DNA from: Candidatus Poseidoniaceae archaeon
GTDB lineage: Archaea > Thermoplasmatota > Poseidoniia > Poseidoniales > Poseidoniaceae
Length of the DNA: 61,842 nucleotides
NCBI GenBank assembly: GCA_965662715.1
Contig: CBFIIS010000002.1
Span: 1 to 61,842, forward strand
Direction of reading: 5' to 3'
The position numbers were made by a program, and so were the translations under genes. The notes beneath the pieces were generated by a model, which was not told the DNA's origin, did not search any database, and worked only from the letters and a program-made list of their open reading frames with translations. Positions 37,867-48,672 of this stretch are shown piece by piece (the first letter of the stretch is position 1; every line of letters begins with the position of its first letter).

Positions 37867-38610
37867 TCATAGGTTCTCCCAAGGGTTCTGCGAGGGTTGT
37901 TCTGAGATTGGTGGTGTAATCTGAGCAGGTTGCGCTTGCTGAGGTTGCTGAGTCAGTGGCGGGGTGATTTGCTGCACCGGTTGACCATATCCACTTTGAA
38001 TGGTCTGACCCATTGGCATTTGAGATTGAACAGGCGCTTGGTAGGCCACTTGTCCGGGTTGCATCTGCCCAACTGGCATCACGACATTTTGGGGAGGATC
38101 GTCCAATACAAGGGCCAAAACTAGGCCGAGAACCAAGAGGGAAACAGCGCAGCACATGGCTCCAAATCCACCTATGGCTCCGAAGATACCACCGATCACC
38201 GCCTCGACACATGCTTCATCACAGTATTCGCCCCGAATGGTGACCTCAGCGTTACTTTCAACGGTGTATGTCATCCCTTGGGTGTGCCTGATGTCTCCGT
38301 AGTGAACCTCTTGGCCTGCTTGTGTCTCCATATCACTCCAAATGTAGCATTCGCCTGCAACATCGTTTCCTTCAGTGTCTATGATGGTGAGTTCTAATGT
38401 CTCACAATCAGCTGGGTGGATGACATACACCGAAATGATCCAAGACTCGTTGACGTTAGGCGTGAATGTCCCATCTGTGGCCGTCGTGAGGTATGTCTCA
38501 CTTTCTGCACCAGCATCGGTGACGCTACCGATGCCACCAACCAATCCAATTCCGCCGATGACGAGGAAGATGGCGCCAAGGACGAGGGTCACTTTACTTG
38601 CAATATGCAT
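37867..38610 (-). CDS. Membrane protein with two TM helices and a Gln/Pro-rich C-terminal tail
   Basis: 247 aa. TM1 VTLVLGAIFLVIGGIGLVGGIG, an extracytoplasmic ~130-aa domain, TM2 GGFGAMCCAVSLLVLGLVLALVL, then a Q/P-rich tail (QMQPGQVAYQAPVQSQMPMGQTIQSGYGQPVQQITPPLTQQPQQAQPAQITPP). Confidence 0.6.
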   Translation of the reverse strand: MHIASKVTLVLGAIFLVIGGIGLVGGIGSVTDAGAESETYLTTATDGTFTPNVNESWIISVYVIHPADCETLELTIIDTEGNDVAGECYIWSDMETQAGQEVHYGDIRHTQGMTYTVESNAEVTIRGEYCDEACVEAVIGGIFGAIGGFGAMCCAVSLLVLGLVLALVLDDPPQNVVMPVGQMQPGQVAYQAPVQSQMPMGQTIQSGYGQPVQQITPPLTQQPQQAQPAQITPPISEQPSQNPWENL

Positions 38611-38719
38611 GCTTGGACGTCAGAGCCCCACTCTATCAAACTGACTGTCTGCAATCAATTGCCATTTTATGGTGAAGCGATAGGAGTCATTTTGAACAGC
38701 CGGCATTCACAGGTTATCG

Positions 38720-39994
38720 ATGACAGGTTGGGATGTGGCAGATTTGTCGGGCCCCGAAGGCCAGGATTGGCGCGTACCTTCATCAGAACTCGAAGCACGC
38801 CAATCGGAACTTGGACGATTGCTCCAGGATGCCGGAATCGCAGGTGCATTGATTCAACACCCTGTCGATTTGTACTATTTTGCGGGTGGTCGCCAAAATG
38901 CTTCGCTTTACATCCCAGCAAAAGGGTCCGGGGGCAGTGTTGAGGCAGGCGGAAACGGGCCAGTGCTGTTTGTCCGACGTTCCCTGCAACGAGCTAAGTT
39001 CGAAGGCGGTGGGGATGATTGTCCACATGAAGTCCTTTCTTTTCCACGGATGAAGGAATTTGCAGAGATCCTTTCTCAGAGAGGTGTTTCAACTGCACCA
39101 GGACTTCAGTTTGGAGAAGTGCCCAAGACCTATTCAGATCGATTTGTCAACGCGCTTTCATCGCTTGGTAGTTGCCCTGATGTAACAGGTATCATTCACG
39201 GCCAGCGAGAGGTCAAATCAGCGTGGGAACAAGAACAATTCAATTCAGCCGCTGACGTTCAACTTCGAATGTTTGAGGCGGTACAAGCTGTTGGCGGAGA
39301 AGGAGTTACGGAACTCGAATTGGTTGCTGCAGCGGAAGCCGTCAGTCGCTCAGAAGGTTTTGGAGGCCAAGTGCACATGCGACGCTTCCCACTTTCATGC
39401 GACCGTGGCGTCATTGTCGCTGGAAGAGCAGGAGGTATTCCATCCTTCTTCGATTCCGCTGTTGGTGGCACGGGGGCTCATCCGCTCAACGGGATGGGCT
39501 CTGGCTTTACACGAATCAAAGCAAATGAACCCGTCTTAGTCGACCTCGTTCACGCTCATCGAGGTTACATTGTGGACATGACTCGGATGTTTGTCGCAGG
39601 CCGTCTTGATGAAGCCTGGGCTTCACGTTTGGAAGATATGGTTGCTGTCAAGGAGACGGTAGTCGACGTCCTTGATCGTGGAGGCTTATGCAGCGAGGCA
39701 TGGCATGAAGGGTTCGAATTGGCAAAGGAACTTGGTCACGCATCTCATTTGATGGGCATGGCGCCCGACCAGAGCAAATTCCTCGGCCACTCTGTCGGTC
39801 TCCAACTTGACGAATCTCCCGTGGTTGCAGCTGGTTTTGAACGACCATTGCCAATCGGGGCTACAATGGCCATCGAACCAAAAGTGGTTCATATCGAAGG
39901 CAGCATTGGCACAGAAGATACGTGGATTCGAGATGAGGATGGTATGCAACCCCTCACAGCCGACGGCCTTTGGCCAGCCATCACGGAGTGGTGA
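38720..39994 (+). CDS. M24 family metallopeptidase (Xaa-Pro aminopeptidase/creatinase-like)
   Basis: 424 aa. Pita-bread fold contexts YIVDMTRMFVAG, FLGHSVGLQLDESP, GATMAIEPKVV, IGTEDTWIR. Confidence 0.75.
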   Translation: MTGWDVADLSGPEGQDWRVPSSELEARQSELGRLLQDAGIAGALIQHPVDLYYFAGGRQNASLYIPAKGSGGSVEAGGNGPVLFVRRSLQRAKFEGGGDDCPHEVLSFPRMKEFAEILSQRGVSTAPGLQFGEVPKTYSDRFVNALSSLGSCPDVTGIIHGQREVKSAWEQEQFNSAADVQLRMFEAVQAVGGEGVTELELVAAAEAVSRSEGFGGQVHMRRFPLSCDRGVIVAGRAGGIPSFFDSAVGGTGAHPLNGMGSGFTRIKANEPVLVDLVHAHRGYIVDMTRMFVAGRLDEAWASRLEDMVAVKETVVDVLDRGGLCSEAWHEGFELAKELGHASHLMGMAPDQSKFLGHSVGLQLDESPVVAAGFERPLPIGATMAIEPKVVHIEGSIGTEDTWIRDEDGMQPLTADGLWPAITEW

Positions 39995-39996
39995 AC

Positions 39997-40263
39997 ATGA
40001 CAGAACAAGAACAGATTGACAGTGATATTTGCGAGAAACTCGAGGGATGGACACATGAAGATGTGGGCAAGCGGATACCAAAACGCAGCACACCAAACGG
40101 CACCTACTACAACGAACCCATCGTGGCGGTTTTCTGTCAATTTTGTGGTTCTGAATTCGTAGGTCCCAGCCGAGAGGCGGGTGGATTCCTTGGTGGGCAC
40201 GAATGCCTCCATGCCTGGGAAATCTCTCAGGCAATGAGCAGGGAAGACGGACTTACCGAGTGA
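39997..40263 (+). CDS. Small putative zinc-binding protein (88 aa)
   Basis: ATG 2 nt after the M24 peptidase stop. CQFCGSEF ... GGHECLHAW provides C-x2-C plus H-x-C-x-H. Overlaps a 182-aa antisense ORF judged to be a shadow. Confidence 0.4.
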   Translation: MTEQEQIDSDICEKLEGWTHEDVGKRIPKRSTPNGTYYNEPIVAVFCQFCGSEFVGPSREAGGFLGGHECLHAWEISQAMSREDGLTE

Positions 40264-40318
40264 ATGGCCCATCGCCAGCGACCATAGTGTTCAATATGCC
40301 TCTTCCCGAGTGGGGTTC

Positions 40319-41107
40319 ATGGCCAAGCCCTATTCCTCCGGACACATCGGTGCGGTGGCATCAAATTACACGGAAATGCGTCTTGCAGGTGCCGTCAAGC
40401 AACGGCTTGTCGAACTCATTTGTGAAGAGATTGAACGCCTTGTCCCAGAGATGGAACAGGCTACACTGGCTCAAGACCCAGACCGCAAAACCCTCGACGA
40501 TGCTCACCGAACTCGCTTGAATTACAACCGCACCCGTGAACTGATGATCGATCAGTTGGATGCTGTCGAGTCGGTGGGCTCAGCAGCGGTTCAAGCCGGA
40601 ATTGAACACATAGAACGCCACCTTGCAGCTTTGATTAAACATGCAGAAGCAGCGGCAGAGAAAGATCGAGTGGCCACCATCAAACCTCGCCACCTCGAGA
40701 TTGCAATCCAAGGCATGGGGCTTGAAAGCAACGATGAGGAAGGCGACGCAACCGAATCCGTTCAAACCGAAGATTTCGTCGTTAGCCAAGGTGGCGGGGT
40801 ACTGACTGAATCTTCATTGCTGGCTCTTGCAAAGACTCACGCTAAAATGCCGGTGACCCGTGATGCTGTCGAAGAGTTACTGGAAACATATTACATGGTG
40901 ATTGAGCAGCTCGAATCCGATATCCGTAAGCACGCACAACTCGGTGGTAATCCAGTACAGTTCATCGAATCCATCGGTCGAATGAAGACTTTGATGTCAC
41001 TTGGATGGATGCGAGCAATGCTCAGCAAGGCTGCAGAATCAGCAAGGGAAAGGGGCTACAAGAGAATTGACGTGGAGCAGATTGTTCACATCGATCCGTT
41101 TGAGTGA
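40319..41107 (+). CDS. Hypothetical protein with two histone-fold-like (alpha2-L2-alpha3) signature segments
   Basis: ORF 40310 (GTG)..41107; first ATG at 40319. Segment 1 (40628-40711) IKHAEAAAEKDRVATIKPRHLEIAIQGM and segment 2 (41015-41092) AMLSKAAESARERGYKRIDVEQIVHI both resemble the HMfB end ...AIKLARHAGRKTIKAEDIELAV. The segment before segment 2 (LTESSLLALAKTHAKMPVTRDAVEELLE) looks like alpha1-L1-alpha2. Confidence 0.6.
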   Translation: MAKPYSSGHIGAVASNYTEMRLAGAVKQRLVELICEEIERLVPEMEQATLAQDPDRKTLDDAHRTRLNYNRTRELMIDQLDAVESVGSAAVQAGIEHIERHLAALIKHAEAAAEKDRVATIKPRHLEIAIQGMGLESNDEEGDATESVQTEDFVVSQGGGVLTESSLLALAKTHAKMPVTRDAVEELLETYYMVIEQLESDIRKHAQLGGNPVQFIESIGRMKTLMSLGWMRAMLSKAAESARERGYKRIDVEQIVHIDPFE

Positions 41108-41117
41108 ACCTGTGCTC

Positions 41118-41585
41118 TCAAAGAGATGCAGCAAAGGCAACAACCGCATCGTAATCCGGTTCTACACCAGGGTTTTCTGCAACCCATCGGTGTTGAACTG
41201 TACCTTCTTTGTCAATGATAATGATCACACGGTTGGCGCTAACGTAGCCTTCAATACCGCCCAGTCCGACAAAAGCGGCATCGTAAGCATTCACGACCTT
41301 TCTGTCAATGTCGGAAAGCAGAGCGAATTCAAGATTGTACTTTTTGGCGAATTCTGCATTAGCCCAAGGTGAGTCGACGCTGATGCCTAGAACGACAGCG
41401 TTTGCGTCGTTCAATGAACCAAGGTTGTCCTGGAAGGCACACATTTCCTTGTCACACACGCCAGTAAACGCCCCTGGGTAGAAGGCAAGAATTACATTTT
41501 GACCTTGAAAGTCAGCCAAACTCACATCGCTCTTGTCGGTGGTTTTGAGGGTAAAGGCAGGCGCTGAGTCTCCAATATTGACCAT
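41118..41585 (-). CDS. Peroxiredoxin (AhpC/TSA family, Bcp/PrxQ-like)
   Basis: ORF to 41600 (GTG); first ATG at 41585. FTLKTTDKSDVSLADFQGQNVILAFYPGAFTGVCDKEMC carries the P-x3-T-x2-C peroxidatic motif. Confidence 0.85.
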   Translation of the reverse strand: MVNIGDSAPAFTLKTTDKSDVSLADFQGQNVILAFYPGAFTGVCDKEMCAFQDNLGSLNDANAVVLGISVDSPWANAEFAKKYNLEFALLSDIDRKVVNAYDAAFVGLGGIEGYVSANRVIIIIDKEGTVQHRWVAENPGVEPDYDAVVAFAASL

Positions 41586-41639
41586 GCTAAAGCCAACCAC
41601 TGCCGGCGTTTATCTGTTTCGATGAGCCAAACAGAGCCA

Positions 41640-43802
<2,163 letters not shown>

Positions 43803-43950
43803 TCAGTTGGCGGAAACTCCCATGACATATCAAGGTGTAGTTTCAGCCTTCTTACGATTGTATTCACAAACTTCGACGGTGGTAGGGTTGATGTGCCTGA
43901 ACTCCTGCCTTGAATCATGGGTCGATCCCTAGGCAGAAGAGGCGGGCTTC

Positions 43951-44283
43951 TTGGTTAGGATCGAACACCTTGATTCAGATTCTTGGGCCCCATTCCTCGC
44001 GGCTCCAATCTCCTTGTTGGTGCTTGGAAAAACAGGGTGCGAACCTTGTAAATTATGGGTAAAAACGCTCTCGAACCAAATGGATGAGATCGCCAGCGAG
44101 GTACGAGTGGGCACACTCCTGCTCGATGCACCCGGTTTCGGCCATTTCAAAATCGCACATCCGTGGGTCGCATTTGTGGATATCTTGCCATTTAACGCTC
44201 TGTACATTGATGGTGAACGTGTTGCTGAATGGGCTGGTGGAAGCATTGAACGCTTAGAAAAGGAACTCAACGGACGTGCGTGA
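43951..44283 (+). CDS. Thioredoxin-fold protein (CEPC motif)
   Basis: 110 aa. LVLGKTGCEPCKLW is a CxxC in the usual thioredoxin beta1-alpha1 position. Divergent from katG. Confidence 0.55.
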   Translation: MVRIEHLDSDSWAPFLAAPISLLVLGKTGCEPCKLWVKTLSNQMDEIASEVRVGTLLLDAPGFGHFKIAHPWVAFVDILPFNALYIDGERVAEWAGGSIERLEKELNGRA

Positions 44284-45152
44284 CCATGCTTGCATCCTCG
44301 GTTGTTCTTTCAGCTTTATTTGCAGGCTTGGTAGCCACTGGCGTCACGCTTGCCATAGAGCGATGGGGTGGGCTTGTTGGTGGTGTGCTTGGCACGGTAC
44401 CATCCACAATTGTCCCTGCTGCTGCGGGCATGCATCTTTCTGGCAGTCAAGATGAGTTGTTGCAAAGTATGGCCATCGTCCCGTTAGGGATGCTTCTCAA
44501 CGCCTTATTTCTCGGCGTATGGGTGATGCTCCCAAACCATCTTTCCACCCGCCGTCCATTGTTGGTGACAACGCTTGTTTCGCTGATTGTTTGGGCTTGT
44601 GCAGGAGTGGCACTGCTCGCCATTATTGGCACAGCCACAAACAGTGGGGCCTCTCACTGGACGATTGGCTTCATTGGTTTAGTTCTCCTCATCGCTTTGG
44701 CTGTGCGCTTTAATCTCAAAGCCCGACCAACGCCTAAGGGATCACGCCAAGTCCAATGGCCAGTTCTCGTTGGCAGAGGAGGTGCTGCAGCGTTTGCCAT
44801 TGGTTGTGCGGTTTGGCTCTCCAGCCAAGGCCTACCCTTGCTTGCTGGCCTAGCCGCTGTGTTCCCAGCGATCTTCTTGACAAGTATGGTTGCGTTATGG
44901 CTTGCTCAAGGCGAGACGGTCCCTCAAGGCGCTGCAGGACCCATGATGCTCGGTGGGGTAAGCGTAGCTGTGTATGCGCTGGTGGTGATGTGGTCAATAC
45001 CGGCATTTGGTCCCGTTTTTGGCTCTATCTTGGCATGGGTTGTCGCCGTTGGCGGTTGGTCATACCCTGTCTTTCTCATTCTGCGAAAAAGGGACCTCAG
45101 CCATTCACTTCGCGAGTCCAGCGCTCTGCAGCCGGCACCCCTTCAATCGTGA
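44280..45152 (+). CDS. Polytopic integral membrane protein (function unknown)
   Basis: 290 aa. GTG start overlapping the upstream stop by 4 nt; ATG at 44286. About 8 hydrophobic helices. Confidence 0.6.
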   Translation: MTMLASSVVLSALFAGLVATGVTLAIERWGGLVGGVLGTVPSTIVPAAAGMHLSGSQDELLQSMAIVPLGMLLNALFLGVWVMLPNHLSTRRPLLVTTLVSLIVWACAGVALLAIIGTATNSGASHWTIGFIGLVLLIALAVRFNLKARPTPKGSRQVQWPVLVGRGGAAAFAIGCAVWLSSQGLPLLAGLAAVFPAIFLTSMVALWLAQGETVPQGAAGPMMLGGVSVAVYALVVMWSIPAFGPVFGSILAWVVAVGGWSYPVFLILRKRDLSHSLRESSALQPAPLQS

Positions 45153-45396
45153 TTTCAACTCCTGTTACACCCTTCAGGCTTGACACCTTACGATATAACG
45201 CCCGAAGGTCCAACAGACAGCAAGGGCAGTGGGGGCGGTGTGGGGTGATGCGCATTGCAATGATGCCAGTCTCTCCAATCTCAATGTTCCTCATGGCTTC
45301 GGTTTTGGTGTATGGTTGATCGGAATGCGGATCCTTCCAACCATTCAACAAGCGAATCACCCTGAGGCTCAGAGCTTTGTGCTTTCGAGGCTTCAT
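45097..45396 (-). CDS. DUF59/MIP18-like (Fe-S assembly SufT-type) protein
   Basis: 99 aa. IIAMRITPHRPHCPCCLLDL and GVTGVEITIEG...W resemble the DUF59 pattern. 56-nt convergent overlap with 44280..45152. Confidence 0.45.
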   Translation of the reverse strand: MKPRKHKALSLRVIRLLNGWKDPHSDQPYTKTEAMRNIEIGETGIIAMRITPHRPHCPCCLLDLRALYRKVSSLKGVTGVEITIEGVPAAERWTREVNG

Positions 45397-45414
45397 GCGT
45401 TCTCACTCCCTGCT

Positions 45415-45651
45415 TCACTTGTCGTCTGGGGTTTCCTGTGCTTGAACTTCGTGTTCGAGGTCTTCCAATCGAAGTTCGTTCAAACGACCTTCAGCAGCGA
45501 TGAGTTCTGCTTGACAGGTTTTCAGGAGTTCGGCTCCCTCCTCGTAGAGCTTGAGGGTTTCATCCAACCCCATGCCACCTCGTTCAAGTGTGGCAACTAT
45601 GGCCTCCAGTCGTAGAGCAGCTTCATTGTATGTTGGTTCTTTTTCAGTCAT
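45415..45651 (-). CDS. xseB: Exodeoxyribonuclease VII small subunit
   Basis: 78 aa. YNEAALRLEAIVATLERGGMGLDETLKLYEEGAELLKTCQAEL is the typical XseB helix-hairpin. Confidence 0.85.
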   Translation of the reverse strand: MTEKEPTYNEAALRLEAIVATLERGGMGLDETLKLYEEGAELLKTCQAELIAAEGRLNELRLEDLEHEVQAQETPDDK

Positions 45652-45654
45652 TGT

Positions 45655-46923
45655 TCATTCTTCCTTGATGTGAATTTCAGTCACCGCAGCCTCTGCGGTT
45701 CCATCGACAAAGTGCAGGTTAAACTGCTGGCCAACGGCGAGCATACCCGTATTGGTGATCACAGTCCCATCCTGTGTTTGGGTCATCGCATACCCTCGCT
45801 CGAGAACCCGCTGTGGGTGAATGGAATGGAGGGCCGCTTCCAATCCACTTAACCGAGTACGTTCGCTCGAAAAGATACCTTCTGTGACTCGGTTTAGTTT
45901 CGCTTTATGAGCCATCAGCACTCGTTTTTCTGCATTGATGCCGGCAAGCGGGGCGACCTTGAGCCGTGCATGTATTCCGGTCAGACGCACCCTCGCATCA
46001 CGAAATGTTCTACGCGTAGCATGGTCGAGGCGTTCGTCGAGATCATCCATCCACTGTTCCAATTCCGCTCGAATTGGCACGCTTCGTTCAATGGCGTTTG
46101 AAGGGGTTGAAGCTCGGACATCAGCAACGAGGTCAGAAACCAGTAAATCGGACTCATGGCCCACAGCAGAAACAACGGGAACTGGGCTGGCAAGGACGGC
46201 GCGAACAACGGGTTCCATGTTGAACGCCCAAAGATCCTGAGGTGAACCACCTCCGCGACCAACAATGACCAAATCCACAGGAGGCTCACCTCGTTGTGCC
46301 GCGACTTCCGGTTGGCTTAATCGACGGGTTAAGGCCAAAGCACGGACAATTTCCTCAACGGCTCTATCGCCTTGAACCAGCACGCCGATCACAGTTCGAC
46401 GAAGCTTCGGCCAGCGGTTGTCGATCAGGCGTTTCATATCAGCCAATGCGGCTGAACCAGCCCCAGTAATGATGGCAATATGCTTTGGAATGAAGGGGAG
46501 GGCCATTCGAGTTCTGTCCAATTCACCTTCTTGTCGAAGCCGTTGGATCAATACTCGTTTGGCTTCTTCCATCGCTCCAAGGGTGTTAACAGGCTCAATT
46601 CGCTCGACGATCAGTTGGATGTTACCTCGTTTCACATAGACGTCCAAACTTGCCGTAACCACGACTTCAGTTCCTTCTTTAATCGAAGGATGAATGGCGC
46701 ACCGTCCTTTCCAAATCACGGCGCTCAGTTGACCATCATCGTCCCTTAGGGTGAAGTATGTATGGCCTGAAGGATAGGGTTTCCATTGCGACACTTCGCC
46801 TCTAATCGCTTGTCGTTGAAACATAGGTTCGTGCGCGAGGGTACGCTTGACCATGGAGACGAATTGGCCGACAGCAAGCGGGCCTGTGGTGACCTCTGCT
46901 CGCTCCGTCATGCTTGGAAACAA
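45655..46923 (-). CDS. xseA: Exodeoxyribonuclease VII large subunit
   Basis: 422 aa. OB-fold GEVSQWKPYPSGHTYFTLRDDDGQLSAVIW, VGRGGGSPQDLWAFN, VSAVGHESD. 3-nt gap to xseB. Confidence 0.9.
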   Translation of the reverse strand: MFPSMTERAEVTTGPLAVGQFVSMVKRTLAHEPMFQRQAIRGEVSQWKPYPSGHTYFTLRDDDGQLSAVIWKGRCAIHPSIKEGTEVVVTASLDVYVKRGNIQLIVERIEPVNTLGAMEEAKRVLIQRLRQEGELDRTRMALPFIPKHIAIITGAGSAALADMKRLIDNRWPKLRRTVIGVLVQGDRAVEEIVRALALTRRLSQPEVAAQRGEPPVDLVIVGRGGGSPQDLWAFNMEPVVRAVLASPVPVVSAVGHESDLLVSDLVADVRASTPSNAIERSVPIRAELEQWMDDLDERLDHATRRTFRDARVRLTGIHARLKVAPLAGINAEKRVLMAHKAKLNRVTEGIFSSERTRLSGLEAALHSIHPQRVLERGYAMTQTQDGTVITNTGMLAVGQQFNLHFVDGTAEAAVTEIHIKEE

Positions 46924-46951
46924 CCGCCTACGGTTCTTGAATCATATGCGT

Positions 46952-47161
46952 TCATTTCTCTGTACCATCCTTGCTCGGACCTTCATTCTCTGATCTCTTC
47001 TGATGCAGTTGGTGCCGTTGCCTTGCCTCGACTTCGTCGAGTTTCCGTTGAATCTTCCGTTGTAGAAACCTCACCACAATGTACACGGCAAAGGTGTTGA
47101 CCAACAGCAGAAGCCATTCAGCGCGCCCCCATTCTTCGAACAGAATTCTTCCTCCATTCAA
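46952..47161 (-). CDS. Small single-pass membrane protein (69 aa)
   Basis: Its start overlaps the ferredoxin stop by 4 nt (ATGA-type coupling). One TM helix (WLLLLVNTFAVYIVVRFL) and a basic tail. Confidence 0.4.
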   Translation of the reverse strand: MNGGRILFEEWGRAEWLLLLVNTFAVYIVVRFLQRKIQRKLDEVEARQRHQLHQKRSENEGPSKDGTEK

Positions 47162-47511
47162 ATCGGTGGTCGTACGTCAATGTCCACATCACCTGTTGGC
47201 AACCCGATGCATCCCAGTCGTGCGCCCTCCTCCAGCAAAAAATCATCCAAACCAGGAGGGAGGGGGTCGGGCAGAGGAACTTCACCAAGCATCAACGTAA
47301 CCATACAGGCACCGCACGTTCCAGATGTGCAGTTCGTAGGAATGTCAACACCTGCTTCAATCGCGTGTTCTACGAGGGTTTTTCCAGCGACAAACGGTGT
47401 TTGTCCCAACAGGTGTGGGCCTTGCAAAAAGCGGACAACAGGCCGTGTTTGCTCGTGACTTGGATCGAAGTCTAGGGTTGCTGCAACCGCATTTGCGGAC
47501 ATCACAAGCAC
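47158..47511 (-). CDS. [2Fe-2S] ferredoxin (plant/vertebrate-type fold)
   Basis: 117 aa. Cluster ligands C-x4-C-x2-C ... C in NCTSGTCGACMVTL ... RLGCIG. Confidence 0.8.
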   Translation of the reverse strand: MLVMSANAVAATLDFDPSHEQTRPVVRFLQGPHLLGQTPFVAGKTLVEHAIEAGVDIPTNCTSGTCGACMVTLMLGEVPLPDPLPPGLDDFLLEEGARLGCIGLPTGDVDIDVRPPI

Positions 47512-47512
47512 C

Positions 47513-48604
47513 TCATCGCATGTCCTTGTGACGGGTCCAGCGTCCAGTTTGCTTGTTGAAGAACAAACCAGCCTTCTTCATCCACTTGTTGAACTTAGTA
47601 GCGCCGGCTCCTGTTCGGAGAATGAAGTCTTCCCGGTCTTCCTGCGCTTGGATGTAATCCTTGGCAGCAAGGGTTTGATCGATCCAGTCGTTGATGTCCA
47701 TGAGGCCACCAGTCAAGCCACCTTCTTCGACAACCTTTGTCATTTCATCAGCGGTCGCACCAGTTTCTTCCAAGTCCTTTCGTATCAGTTCGTTCACACT
47801 GCTGAAGTCCATCGATGCAGGCTTCGGCGGCACTGGATGACGAGGAGGCTTGTCTTCATCGATGACAATTCGGGTTCCGTTTTCCATTCTAGTCTCCACA
47901 AGGTCAGCGAGCCCAGAGGTGAAACTCGTCTCACATTCCCAGCACATGAAGGCCCAATCATCGGGCCGATCTTGATCTCGCGATTGGCGCGGGTCCATTT
48001 CATCGCCACAATGTGGACAGGCATGGAAGATGAGCGCAGGAACGTGCTTTCGTCGGAAATCCACAATATCTTGAGGTGTTCCTTCTAATTCCAGCATTTC
48101 ATGGTCACGTGCAGCTTCAAGCCCACGGGTTTCCAATTGGTCGCGAATCTTGACCTTCTGGTCATCCTTTCCTTCATCATGAAGGTTATTTTCGAGTTTA
48201 ACGATCAGCTCAACAGTTTTGCCCAAGCGGTTCATGACCAGCTTTTGAGCCCGAAACGCCTCGACCTTAGCGATTTTAAGCCGTTCTTTTTGTTCGGCTA
48301 GTTCAGTGAGGACATCCTTTTGCTTGCGTTGAAATTTGATTTCTTCAATCTTTGATTCTTGCTTCTTTTCGGGTGCAAGAACCTTTGACAGATAACGTTC
48401 TTTTCCGTGGCTTTGTGGGCCAGCAGCGATAATTGAGATGACACCGTCAGCGATGTCTGCTTTCAAGCCATAATTTTCAATCAGCATGTCCTTGTCGATT
48501 TTCTTCAAATCGCCAATTTTCAGACCAGAATCGGCCAACTGCTGGGCAGTGGTGTCGTCAATTCCTCGACGTAGTAAAGCGAGATAGGTGTCTTTCTTTG
48601 CCAT
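47513..48604 (-). CDS. Hypothetical HhH / coiled-coil / zinc-ribbon protein
   Basis: 363 aa. RadA-N-like HhH pair (GIDDTTAQQLADSGLKIGDL ... GLKADIADGVISIIAAG), a ~100-aa Lys/Glu coiled-coil-like region, and CPHCGDEM...CWECETSF (C-x2-C ... C-x2-C). GGAGG at 48612-48616, 7 nt upstream of the ATG. Confidence 0.7.
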   Translation of the reverse strand: MAKKDTYLALLRRGIDDTTAQQLADSGLKIGDLKKIDKDMLIENYGLKADIADGVISIIAAGPQSHGKERYLSKVLAPEKKQESKIEEIKFQRKQKDVLTELAEQKERLKIAKVEAFRAQKLVMNRLGKTVELIVKLENNLHDEGKDDQKVKIRDQLETRGLEAARDHEMLELEGTPQDIVDFRRKHVPALIFHACPHCGDEMDPRQSRDQDRPDDWAFMCWECETSFTSGLADLVETRMENGTRIVIDEDKPPRHPVPPKPASMDFSSVNELIRKDLEETGATADEMTKVVEEGGLTGGLMDINDWIDQTLAAKDYIQAQEDREDFILRTGAGATKFNKWMKKAGLFFNKQTGRWTRHKDMR

Positions 48605-48672
48605 AGCATCCCCTCCGACAAGTCCATGCGAGGAGGCACCACTAATAAAATTCTCTCCCGCATAAGCGTCTT

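Noticed and set aside
39686-40272. Minus-strand ORFs of 182 aa and 127 aa spanning the M24 peptidase end and the small zinc-binding ORF
   Set aside because: They overlap the conserved C-terminus of the M24 peptidase on the opposite strand. Composition is Cys/His/Arg/Trp-rich and no motifs are present.
44756-45319. 187-aa plus-strand ORF overlapping the polytopic membrane protein and the DUF59-like gene
   Set aside because: It is out of frame with the membrane-protein ORF, whose hydrophobic periodicity is convincing. Its Arg/Cys/Trp-rich composition also counts against it.
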